DNA of 27,815 bases from Chthonomonadales bacterium (GTDB lineage: Bacteria; Armatimonadota; Chthonomonadetes; Chthonomonadales; Chthonomonadaceae), in the NCBI GenBank assembly GCA_038217285.1, contig JBBQPO010000048.1, positions 1 through 27,815 on the forward strand, given 5' to 3'. The notes under the pieces are model-generated. The model did not search any database. It saw only the letters and a program-made list of their open reading frames with translations, and was not told where the DNA came from. The first letter of the stretch is position 1. Every line of letters begins with the position of its first letter. Of the stretch, positions 9,199 through 17,292 are shown piece by piece. A program made the position numbers and the translations under genes.

Positions 9199-9243
9199 AT
9201 TATGTCCCCTGAATGTTAAGGGAATGTTAAGAGAATGTTAAAT
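9199..9243 (-). promoter_or_regulatory. Pho box (three TTAACATTC repeats, 11-bp period) plus -10 element
   Basis: GAATGTTAA at 9211, 9222 and 9233 reads TTAACATTC on the minus strand, like PhoP/SphR TT(A/T)ACA sites. A CATAAT -10 lies at 9204-9199, upstream of the porin-pst operon. Confidence 0.85.
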
Positions 9244-9347
9244 TTGGGTCATGCAGGCCCCAGAGAGGAATCGTCATCCTGTAGAGGGAACAGGCGATAT
9301 ACGGGAAATAGAGGGCAAAACACCCTCCATAGATAGGAGCGATGGGG

Positions 9348-10343
9348 ATGACGAAACAGGGGATTATGACCAGAGCGGTCCGGCTTTTCCCGGCTCTCTT
9401 GTTTGCGATGGTCGCCATAGCGACCGCCGTACACGCGGCTGCACAGGGTGAGAAGACCGCTGTCACCGTCAATGGCGAGATCATTACGGAGCAGGAGTTC
9501 TTTGAGCGGCTGCAGCGGCTTCATGGTCAGGCGTTTGTGGCGCCCGGCAATCAACTCCGCACCGAAACCGCTGGAATGATCGTGCTCGACGCCATGATTT
9601 CGGAGCACCTGCTCCTCCAGGCGGCGAGCAAGGCGAAACTATCGATATCCGACGCAGAGATCGGTGCCGAACTGGCGAATCTCAAACGGCAGCCGCAGGT
9701 GGTCGCTGGCTTGACCGGGCATCTCTATACGGAAGAGATGCTGAAATACGACATTCGAATTCAGGGCGCGCGCTTCAAACTGGCGACGATGGGTGTCAAG
9801 GTCTCCGCTGACGACGTGGAAAAGTACTACAAGGCGCACACTACAGACTACACTACTCCGGAGAGTTGGGCGGTTTCGGTAATTCGTACCGCTAATCTGG
9901 ATACCCTGGCCAAGATAGACACAGATCTAAAGGCGGGTAAGTCGTTTGCAGAAACCGCGAAACTCTACTCCGACGACATCGCCACAAAGGATAAAGGCGG
10001 CGAAAGCGGCTCTATCTATGCCACCGACACGCGCATTCCCGCGACCCTCCTTGATGCCGTTAAACTCCTGAAACCGGGCGCGATCACGCCTGCGATAAAA
10101 CTCGAACAGGACGCGGGTTCCGGCAAACCCAAGATAGTAACCTGGTGGCGGATACTGCTCCGCAGCAAAGAACCGGAGAGTATTCGGCCGCTGAACGACA
10201 TTAAAGGGGCTATAGAGCGCCTCGCGCTGTTAGAAAAGGCAGGCGGCATCCAGGCCGGCGACAAAAGGGTCGCGGATCTGCGCAGCCAATCCGACATCAA
10301 AGTCAATCTGCCTGGTTACGAAAGTCTGGCGGCTCAAAAGTAG
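9348..10343 (+). CDS. SurA/PrsA-like parvulin-type peptidyl-prolyl isomerase/foldase
   Basis: Signal peptide; VNGEIIT SurA N-domain; SFAETAKLYSDD..TKDKGG rotamase motif. ATG 9348 chosen for spacing from AGGAG (9342 is an alternative). Confidence 0.8.
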   Translation: MTKQGIMTRAVRLFPALLFAMVAIATAVHAAAQGEKTAVTVNGEIITEQEFFERLQRLHGQAFVAPGNQLRTETAGMIVLDAMISEHLLLQAASKAKLSISDAEIGAELANLKRQPQVVAGLTGHLYTEEMLKYDIRIQGARFKLATMGVKVSADDVEKYYKAHTTDYTTPESWAVSVIRTANLDTLAKIDTDLKAGKSFAETAKLYSDDIATKDKGGESGSIYATDTRIPATLLDAVKLLKPGAITPAIKLEQDAGSGKPKIVTWWRILLRSKEPESIRPLNDIKGAIERLALLEKAGGIQAGDKRVADLRSQSDIKVNLPGYESLAAQK

Positions 10344-10366
10344 CCGCGCCACACCGATCCTGAACT

Positions 10367-11878
10367 TTAGAGGATGTAGCGGGTAAGATCCTCGTCTTTG
10401 ACGATGTCGTCGAGACGTTGATGGACGTAGGCCGCGTCTATCAAGATCGTTTTGTCGGTGCGGTCGGAGGCATCGAAGGAGACGTCTTCCAACAGGCGCT
10501 CGAGGATCGTGTGCAGGCGTCTTGCCCCGATGTTCTCGGTGCGGCGGTTCACTTCGGCGGCGACTCGGGCCAGTTCGGCGATACCGTCCTCGGCGAACTC
10601 CACCTCGATCCCTTCGGTGGCGAGCAGGCTGACATACTGGCGTGTGAGCGCATTGCGCGGCTCGGTGAGGATGCGCCTGAAGTCGTCTTCCGTGAGATTT
10701 TCCAGTTCAACGCGAATGGGCAGTCGGCCCTGAAGCTCCGGAATGAGGTCGGATGGCTTCGAGACGTGGAAAGCGCCGGCTGCGATGAAGAGGATGTGGT
10801 CGGTGCGCACCGGCCCATGCTTGGTATTGATGGTCGAGCCTTCGATGATCGGCAGAATGTCGCGCTGTACGCCTTCTCGGGACACGTCGGGGCCGCCTGC
10901 ACCGGAGCCGCGATTCGATCCGGCGATCTTGTCGATCTCATCGACGAAGATGATGCCGGTCTGCTCCGTGCGGTGAATCGCCTCGCGCACGACCGAATCC
11001 TTGTCGATCAGCAGTTGCGCCTCTTCGGCGGCGAAGATTTCTTTGGCTTCCGCGATCGTCACCTTCCGCTGCTTCTGTTTGCGCGGAAAGACGCCGCTGA
11101 AGGCGTTCTGCATATCCATGCCCATATCGTCCGTGCCCTGCCCGGACAGGGCCTGCATAAACGGCATCGGCTGGCTCTCTTCCACCGTGATCTCCACGGT
11201 CTCCGTATCGAGCGCTCCCGACACGATCTGAGGCCGCAGGCGGCCGCGAATCCGTTCGCGACGTTCACGGTCGGTTCGAGCCTCCTGGTCACGTTCCGCC
11301 TGCGCGGTTTCGTCGTGTGCCGTGACATCGACCTCGACAGGGGTGTCTGGCGCTGCGTTGCCGCCGCCGAACATCCGGCTCATCATCTGCTGTAAATCGC
11401 GCGTGATGTCGGACTTGTCTGCGCCGGTGCGACGCGCAGGCTGGGACTGCTGCATCGGCTGCATTATCTCCAGAATACGCTCCACCGCGCGTTCGGCCGC
11501 CGCCGCTTTGACTTCCGCGATCTTTTCCGTCTCCACGAGCCGGATGGCGATCTGCAGGAGATCCCGCACCATAGAATCGACATCCCGCCCGACGTAGCCG
11601 ACCTCCGTAAACTTTGTGGCCTCTACTTTAATGAAGGGGGCGCGTGCCAGGGTGGCGAGCCTGCGCGCGATCTCAGTTTTGCCGACTCCCGTCGGCCCGA
11701 TCATCAGGATATTCTTGGGGATCACCTCGTCTCGCAGATCCTCCGGCAACAGACGGCGGCGGTAGCGATTGCGAAGTGCAACCGCTACCGCCCGTTTTGC
11801 TTTGTTCTGTCCGATGATATACTTGTCCAGTTCGGCGACGATCTGGATGGGTGTCAACTCTTCCGTAAATTCGGCCAT
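10367..11878 (-). CDS. hslU: ATP-dependent protease ATPase subunit HslU (ClpY)
   Basis: [63 protein letters not shown]-terminal DLTRYIL. Start moved to ATG 11878. Confidence 0.97.
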   Translation of the reverse strand: MAEFTEELTPIQIVAELDKYIIGQNKAKRAVAVALRNRYRRRLLPEDLRDEVIPKNILMIGPTGVGKTEIARRLATLARAPFIKVEATKFTEVGYVGRDVDSMVRDLLQIAIRLVETEKIAEVKAAAAERAVERILEIMQPMQQSQPARRTGADKSDITRDLQQMMSRMFGGGNAAPDTPVEVDVTAHDETAQAERDQEARTDRERRERIRGRLRPQIVSGALDTETVEITVEESQPMPFMQALSGQGTDDMGMDMQNAFSGVFPRKQKQRKVTIAEAKEIFAAEEAQLLIDKDSVVREAIHRTEQTGIIFVDEIDKIAGSNRGSGAGGPDVSREGVQRDILPIIEGSTINTKHGPVRTDHILFIAAGAFHVSKPSDLIPELQGRLPIRVELENLTEDDFRRILTEPRNALTRQYVSLLATEGIEVEFAEDGIAELARVAAEVNRRTENIGARRLHTILERLLEDVSFDASDRTDKTILIDAAYVHQRLDDIVKDEDLTRYIL

Positions 11879-11979
11879 TGTTCTCGGTGGTCCTTCAGTG
11901 TGCTGTTCTTCCCTCCCTATACGTGCCGGGAGGGGGCATGAGTTCATTATACACCGTAGAGCCCGATTGGACGCCGAAC

Positions 11980-12717
11980 CTACGGCACGGGCATCAGGCC
12001 GGTGTCGGTAGGTATGGCAGGAGTTGGGATGCACTGGGAGGATATAAGGCCTTCCGACGCCAGTTTCGCGTGGCCGTCCACGAAATAGGCGACTCGGTCC
12101 GGGCCATACGTCGTGTTGCCCGGCGTGGATCCCGCCCAGGCTTTCACCGCTTCCGCCGCACCGATGTGAAACGAGAGGACTTCCGCCCCCATGTACGTTT
12201 CCGCCGTACGTGGTATGGCGGCAAGGCTGGCCAGGCGCGTCACGACGGTGTTCAGGCAGTAGCTGGTCTTCTCGACCTTCCAGACAGGCAGACCTTGTGA
12301 GGGGTCGTTGACCAGCGAAGCGGGAATACCGACGTCACTCGGACACTTGAAAATGTCGATGCTTTTGATGTAGGGCTGGGCGTAGATCGTCGGATCGTAT
12401 GTCACGGTGTCGTCGGTTTTGAGGTGAGGGCGGCAGGGCTTACAGGGGTACTTGTTCGTATAGGTCGTCGAAGGCCCCCACTGTGAGTTGGCCGGTGAGT
12501 TGGAGGGTGGAAACGTCTCGTCGTAGTCTTGTACATACATCATCCAGCCGAGGCCGAACTGTTTGACGTTCGAAATGCAGGCCGTGCGGCGGGCGCTCTC
12601 GCGTGCCTTCGCAAAGACCGGGAACAAGATAGCCGCCAGAATGGCTATAATGGCGATAACGACGAGCAGTTCTATCAGGGTGAACCCGTCGGATGCGAAA
12701 CGAGGTCGGCGGTGCAT
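11980..12717 (-). CDS. Prepilin-type N-terminal cleavage/methylation, DUF1559-family protein
   Basis: [41 protein letters not shown]...MY.QDYDE; FKCPSD; C-terminal FVDGHAK; AAGGAG SD. Confidence 0.92.
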   Translation of the reverse strand: MHRRPRFASDGFTLIELLVVIAIIAILAAILFPVFAKARESARRTACISNVKQFGLGWMMYVQDYDETFPPSNSPANSQWGPSTTYTNKYPCKPCRPHLKTDDTVTYDPTIYAQPYIKSIDIFKCPSDVGIPASLVNDPSQGLPVWKVEKTSYCLNTVVTRLASLAAIPRTAETYMGAEVLSFHIGAAEAVKAWAGSTPGNTTYGPDRVAYFVDGHAKLASEGLISSQCIPTPAIPTDTGLMPVP

Positions 12718-12747
12718 GATAAGAGATCTCCTTGAATGATAAAGGCG

Positions 12748-12767
12748 CGGAGGCAGTCTTGCCTCCG
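12748..12767 (-). terminator. Weak terminator/attenuator hairpin between ATPase and pilin-like gene
   Basis: CGGAGGCA/TGCCTCCG perfect 8-bp stem; on the minus strand it is followed only by a weak U-tract (CGCCTTTATCATT). Confidence 0.4.
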
Positions 12768-12771
12768 TACT

Positions 12772-13509
12772 TTAGGGAATCGGTCCGGCAGTGTCCTGGA
12801 CCAGGCGACCATCGCGCAGCGTCAGTTGGCGCGGCGCGGCGGCGGCAAGCCAGGGGTTATGGGTGACGACGAGAACCGTCAGACCATCGCGATTAAGCTC
12901 CTGAAACAGAGCCAGTATCGCTTCTCCGCTGGCGCTGTCGAGGTTGCCTGTCGGCTCATCCGCGAGGAGCAGGCTTGGCGAATTGATGAGGGCGCGCGCA
13001 ATGGCGACCCGCTGCATCTCCCCACCGGACAGCTCGTGCGGACGGTGGTTGCGGCGATGGGAGAGGCCGACCCTGTCGAGCAACACTTCGGCCTGTTCTG
13101 CAGCGCGCCGACGAGAAAAGAGCGTGGGCAGGGTCACATTCTCTGCGACGCTCAGTGTCGGGAGCAGGCCGAAATGCTGAAACACGAAGCCGACCTGCTC
13201 CCGGCGCAATCGTGTCAAGGCACCGTCCCGCATTCCCGAGGTCGACGTACCGGAGAGAGCGAGCAGCCCGGACGTCGGGGTGTCCATACACCCCAGTAAG
13301 TGAAGCAGGGTGGTCTTCCCAGCCCCCGAGGGGCCGACAATGGCGACGAACTCGCCCGCCGACACGTTGAACGTGACGTTGTCCAGCGCATGAACGCGCT
13401 CGTTCCCGCGCTGATACGTCTTGGTGAGCCCGTCGGCCCGGATCAACGCGGGCCTCAAGGGCCGCACCGCGGGCAAAGGGGTAACGATCTCTGCCATGAC
13501 ACTGTTCAT
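12772..13509 (-). CDS. ABC transporter ATP-binding protein (LolD/MacB-type)
   Basis: [48 protein letters not shown] 13509 overlaps the upstream stop (ATGA) and has a GGAGGAGG SD. Confidence 0.93.
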   Translation of the reverse strand: MNSVMAEIVTPLPAVRPLRPALIRADGLTKTYQRGNERVHALDNVTFNVSAGEFVAIVGPSGAGKTTLLHLLGCMDTPTSGLLALSGTSTSGMRDGALTRLRREQVGFVFQHFGLLPTLSVAENVTLPTLFSRRRAAEQAEVLLDRVGLSHRRNHRPHELSGGEMQRVAIARALINSPSLLLADEPTGNLDSASGEAILALFQELNRDGLTVLVVTHNPWLAAAAPRQLTLRDGRLVQDTAGPIP

Positions 13510-14687
13510 AGTCCTCCTCCGGCCCTTATCGCTTCGATGGGGGTGAGACGGGACGCCCGCCATGCGGGCAGGAGCCCGGCCATGCTGCCAAGCCCCAGAG
13601 CCACGGCGAGGCATACGAGCAACAGTCCGGCCTCCGGGCGTATGAGCGTCTCGGTCGGTGCAAACGGCAGGCGGTCGCGCATCCAGGACTCGATGCCGTG
13701 TGCGCCGAGGAGGGCGAGCGCCGCACCTGCGATCCCGCCGACGAGGCAGACCTGCACGGTTTCCAGCCAGATGAGCCCGAAGATATCCAGGGGCGAGGCG
13801 CCGACGGCGCGCATCACCCCGATCTCGCGGGTGCGCTCCGTTACCGCCATCAACACCGTGTTGCTGACGCCCGCTCCGGCGATCAGCAGCGCGACCACCG
13901 CAACGCAGCCCAGCAGAGCGCGCGTCGAGTTCACCAGCCCTTGAATCGTATGGAACAGATGTGCCAGCGGCACGACGTTCATATCCATGCCGGCGTCGCA
14001 GCCTCTCAGATCGCTCACCACCTGATCCAGTCGGTTCGGGTCCGTCAGGCGAACGAGAATATGGGTCAACTGATTCGGCCTCCGGAAAATGCGCTGTGCT
14101 TCCGCCAACGGCATGTACGTGAAATCGTCGTCGGCGCCCTGCGTTGGGGCGAGGATGCCGCTCACGACGCCGGTCTCGCCGGGGAGACCGGGCAGCGCGA
14201 ACTCCTGGCCCAGTTTGACGTGAAGTTTCGCCGCGATGTGCGCTCCGAGCAGCCGACCACGCGCTTGTTGCGGAAAGGTTCCGTTCAGATGCCAACTGCG
14301 TTTAACCGCCATCAGTCCCGGCTCCGCGCCCTGGTAGACGAACTGTTCGCCCGTACTGTTATCGTAGACCGCGTTCATCAGGATCGGAGCGGCCATGGCC
14401 ACACCTGCCGTCTGGGAGACCCGCTGCAGGTAGTCGGCCTTAAGATAGCAGGGCCAGCTCGCACCGTGCAGCGCGATGGAGGCGGCATCGTACGGACAGC
14501 CTTTCGGCACGACCAGGACATGCGCGCCGAGCCGCTCCAGTTCGTTCTGCATTCCGACCTGATAGCCGCGCTGAAACGAGAGCAGGCTGAAGAGGGCGGC
14601 GATGGCGATCGCTACCCCGCTGACCGTCACTCCGGTCCGCAATTTCCGTCTCCCAGCATTTTTTAACGCGAGCGAAATCCAGTGCAT
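13506..14687 (-). CDS. ABC transporter permease (MacB/FtsX family)
   Basis: N-terminal TM, periplasmic domain with VPKGCPYDAA, NTVLMAVTERTREIGVMRAVGA, PAWRASRL.P.EA. Start at ATG 14687 with GAAGGAAG. Confidence 0.9.
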   Translation of the reverse strand: MHWISLALKNAGRRKLRTGVTVSGVAIAIAALFSLLSFQRGYQVGMQNELERLGAHVLVVPKGCPYDAASIALHGASWPCYLKADYLQRVSQTAGVAMAAPILMNAVYDNSTGEQFVYQGAEPGLMAVKRSWHLNGTFPQQARGRLLGAHIAAKLHVKLGQEFALPGLPGETGVVSGILAPTQGADDDFTYMPLAEAQRIFRRPNQLTHILVRLTDPNRLDQVVSDLRGCDAGMDMNVVPLAHLFHTIQGLVNSTRALLGCVAVVALLIAGAGVSNTVLMAVTERTREIGVMRAVGASPLDIFGLIWLETVQVCLVGGIAGAALALLGAHGIESWMRDRLPFAPTETLIRPEAGLLLVCLAVALGLGSMAGLLPAWRASRLTPIEAIRAGGGL

Positions 14688-14700
14688 GAATCTTCCTTCG

Positions 14701-15867
14701 TCAGGTTCCCACGGCGCGCAGGGCGCGGGCGGGTGGGAGACGACTGGCCTGCCAGGCCGGATAGAGGCCGGCCACAATCCCTGTCGCCAGGCCGACCAGC
14801 AGGCACTGCCCAATAACCGTGCCGGAGAGAGAGAGCAGGCTGCCATCGGGCGCGAGCGTTACGAAATGACGGACGACGGCCTCGATGCTGTGGCCTGTGG
14901 CCAGCGCGAGCAGGAGCCCGATCAGGCTTCCCACCACTGTCAGCAGCAGGGCTTCGAGCGCAAGGAGCCGAAACACCTGCCCGCGCGATGCACCGACCGC
15001 GCGCAGGATCGCCAGTTCTCCGGTCCGCTCCAATACCGACGCCAGCATGGTATTGAACACGGTGAGGACGCTGATCGTAACTGCGAGCACTGCCACGGCC
15101 ATGACCAGGGTGCGGACCGCGCCGACGAGGTTCAGGAAAGTGCCCAGCATCTCCGCCAACGTCACGACCTGTGCGCCCGGCGTCTTCTGAAGGCGTTCGA
15201 TAGCGCCGGTCACCAGACCCGGATCCCGGAGGCGTATCGCGATGGCGGTGAGGCGGTCCGGCTGATGAAACATCACCTGCGCGGTGTGGAGCTGTATGAA
15301 GAAGAGGCTGTCGTCGCTGGTGCCGCTGCGTTCGAGGATGCCGCAGACCCGGAAGCGTCGGCCCGTTTCCGGACTGTAGAGCATATCCCCCACCTCGCGC
15401 AGCTCGGTCGCGGCCGCTTCCGCTCCCAGAATCACGCTGTCAGCATCGGCGAACCACCGCGAACCCGCCTTCAGTTTCCACCACGGCTTGAGCGGCCGGA
15501 TCGATTCGTCGACCCCGACCCAGCAGTCGGTGCGCCCTTCGGATGGGCGGGGCAGTGTCGCCATCAGTAGGGGAGCGGCCACCGCCACCGCCGCGTCTGC
15601 GCGCGCCGCCGTGAGCGCTGTCAACGGCAGGGAGACATCCAGTGTCTTTCCTTTCAATACTCGGGCGGCGGCATCGTAGGGGCAGCCGAGCGGTACCAAC
15701 ATCATCTGTACGCCCATACCGTCGAGTTCCCGCCGCAGTCCGTTTCGATAGCCCTCTCCAAACGCCAGCAGGCAGGCGAGACAGCCGACGGCGACCGCGA
15801 CGCCGGTGATGGTGATTCCGCTGCGAAAGAGACGCCTGGTCAGGTTTTGGAGGGCCAGTGTCATCAT
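14701..15867 (-). CDS. ABC transporter permease (MacB/FtsX family)
   Basis: VPLGCPYDAA, NTMLASVLERTGELAILRAVGA, YPAWQASRL.P..AL. Paralog of the downstream permease. Confidence 0.9.
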   Translation of the reverse strand: MMTLALQNLTRRLFRSGITITGVAVAVGCLACLLAFGEGYRNGLRRELDGMGVQMMLVPLGCPYDAAARVLKGKTLDVSLPLTALTAARADAAVAVAAPLLMATLPRPSEGRTDCWVGVDESIRPLKPWWKLKAGSRWFADADSVILGAEAAATELREVGDMLYSPETGRRFRVCGILERSGTSDDSLFFIQLHTAQVMFHQPDRLTAIAIRLRDPGLVTGAIERLQKTPGAQVVTLAEMLGTFLNLVGAVRTLVMAVAVLAVTISVLTVFNTMLASVLERTGELAILRAVGASRGQVFRLLALEALLLTVVGSLIGLLLALATGHSIEAVVRHFVTLAPDGSLLSLSGTVIGQCLLVGLATGIVAGLYPAWQASRLPPARALRAVGT

Positions 15868-16536
15868 CTATGGGATTGCTCCGGACACCGGGGCGCTATC
15901 CGCCACGGAGAGCAGCACGAGCATGGCATGTGCGGCTTCGAGAATCGCGGTGGCGGAGGATCGTGCGGCGGGAGGAACGTCGGGGATGTCGGCACCGATC
16001 CGCCATGCCGACGCCCTGTTCTTGCCGATGAATGCGCCGAGCCATCGTGCGGACTGCAACGCCTGCGCGACCTCCTCCGGCTCGCGCAGGCGTTGCAGAC
16101 GAGCGCCCAGGACGTCGCCGTTCGCGCCGACTGCCAGCAACAACTCGATAACGCCGGACTCTCCTCGCACTCGCCGGGCGACGACCGAACCCAGAACATC
16201 GTCGTGGCGCAGGATGCGGTAAACCTTCAAGGCGTTCTCTTCCGTCGTGCTGGCCCGTCCAAGCTGCCGCGCGACTTCCAGGCGCTTTCCGCTCAGGATC
16301 AGGGTTTCATCGCGGACATCGGTCGCGGTCGGAAAGAACTGACGACGGTCCCGAGCCTCTTCGCGCCAGGGGCAGAGGCCGACAGAGGGCTGCTCACGCG
16401 AGACGAAATCACGGGCGTCCGCGTGCGCCACCAGGACGTCTCCCGTCCTGGCAGAAAGGGAGAGCACCGCATAGAGCAGCGCGGTGCCGATAGCCAGCCC
16501 CAGCGAGGCCACAACGATCCAGGCGCGCTTTGTCAG
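15868..16536 (-). CDS. Membrane-anchored FMN-binding-domain-like protein (degenerate flavinylation motif); probable CTG start
   Basis: One N-terminal TM helix. FFP.A, G..G.IELLLAV...G.V, REP, WL..F.GK and DI..V...A.SS..I follow the FMN_bind family pattern. The ORF extension to 16710 overlaps the upstream gene. Confidence 0.65.
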   Translation of the reverse strand: MTKRAWIVVASLGLAIGTALLYAVLSLSARTGDVLVAHADARDFVSREQPSVGLCPWREEARDRRQFFPTATDVRDETLILSGKRLEVARQLGRASTTEENALKVYRILRHDDVLGSVVARRVRGESGVIELLLAVGANGDVLGARLQRLREPEEVAQALQSARWLGAFIGKNRASAWRIGADIPDVPPAARSSATAILEAAHAMLVLLSVADSAPVSGAIP

Positions 16537-16895
16537 TAGCGTACTCCGGATGCTTTCAACCCGACTTCTGTGCCGGATGCCACTGTGCCGCTCACCGTCA
16601 TCGTCGTGTGCAGGGGCACCTCGCTGACGACGAACCCAGCCTGCTTCGTATCCACTCGTACCATTCCTGTCTTGTCGCGCAGCATGAACCAGCAGCCTGC
16701 GACAGGGCATTTCTCTACCATCTCGCCTTTCACGGTCACGACGCTGCCTGTCTTTGCAGACAACTCGCGCACAAGGATAGTCGGCTGTTGCGCGGGAGCC
16801 TTGCCGAGAATGTTCGTTTGCGTCGGCGCGCAGCCCACCGCGAGCAGGATCACCAGAGCCGGCAGTGGCGCAATGCGGTTGACGGTGAAAGTCAT
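16533..16895 (-). CDS. Lipoprotein, DUF4920-like OB-fold with CxxxGCW motif
   Basis: Lipobox LAVG-C; VTVKGEMVEKCPVAGCWFMLRD; ATG 16895 with GGAGGAG SD. Confidence 0.75.
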   Translation of the reverse strand: MTFTVNRIAPLPALVILLAVGCAPTQTNILGKAPAQQPTILVRELSAKTGSVVTVKGEMVEKCPVAGCWFMLRDKTGMVRVDTKQAGFVVSEVPLHTTMTVSGTVASGTEVGLKASGVRY

Positions 16896-16946
16896 TCTCT
16901 CCTCCAAGGTTTAGGATCAGACGCGAATTGAGATCGATTACCTTGC

Positions 16947-16999
16947 ATTTTACTCCCTCTCCATTAAAGACCGCTTAAATCCTCATTAAGATAATTTAA
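16947..16999 (-). promoter_or_regulatory. OmpR/PhoB-type direct-repeat operator plus -10 element
   Basis: TTAA at 16964, 16975, 16986 and 16996 (spacing 11, 11, 10). TAAAAT -10 at 16952-16947, 11 nt from the proximal TTAA. Confidence 0.55.
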
Positions 17000-17101
17000 G
17001 CCGCCTCGTCCGGTAGTCGATCATGCTAGTGGCTTTACGGGGACGACGGTTGGGCATAGGGCCGGGGCCAGCTTTTACCCTCTGTTTCGGCTGTGGAACT
17101 C

Positions 17102-17130
17102 TTGCTTTTTTGAGGGGACTGTGATATACT
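17102..17130 (+). promoter_or_regulatory. Sigma70 promoter of nusA operon
   Basis: TTGCTT, 17 nt, TATACT, with an extended -10 (TGA-TATACT). Confidence 0.8.
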
Positions 17131-17161
17131 GCTAGGGCTTACAGTTACACCCGTCTGCCAG

Positions 17162-17190
17162 GAGTGGGTCCTTACCCACTCTTTTGTATT
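17162..17190 (+). promoter_or_regulatory. rimP/nusA leader attenuator hairpin
   Basis: GAGTGGGT-CCTT-ACCCACTC followed by TTTTGTATT. Resembles the GAGTGGG...CCCACTC leader I recall upstream of rimP-nusA operons. Confidence 0.7.
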
Positions 17191-17292
17191 ATATGGCGAT
17201 TCCGACGCAGACCGGTACCATTTGTCGGGCTGCGAGCGGAGACCAGGGTGCATCGAACCCGGGCCGACCCTGTTTTGGAGAAGCGCGTAACT

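Noticed and set aside
9211-9243. Tandem repeat as CRISPR or microsatellite
   Set aside because: The 11-bp period, lack of spacers and position upstream of pst genes fit a Pho box.
12425-12450. CKPCRPH as a heme c attachment site
   Set aside because: Not CxxCH; the His is three residues after the second Cys.
12772-14295. 507-aa version of the ABC ATPase, suggesting a fusion
   Set aside because: The N-terminal extension is an alternative frame of the permease; the real start is ATG 13509 with a strong SD.
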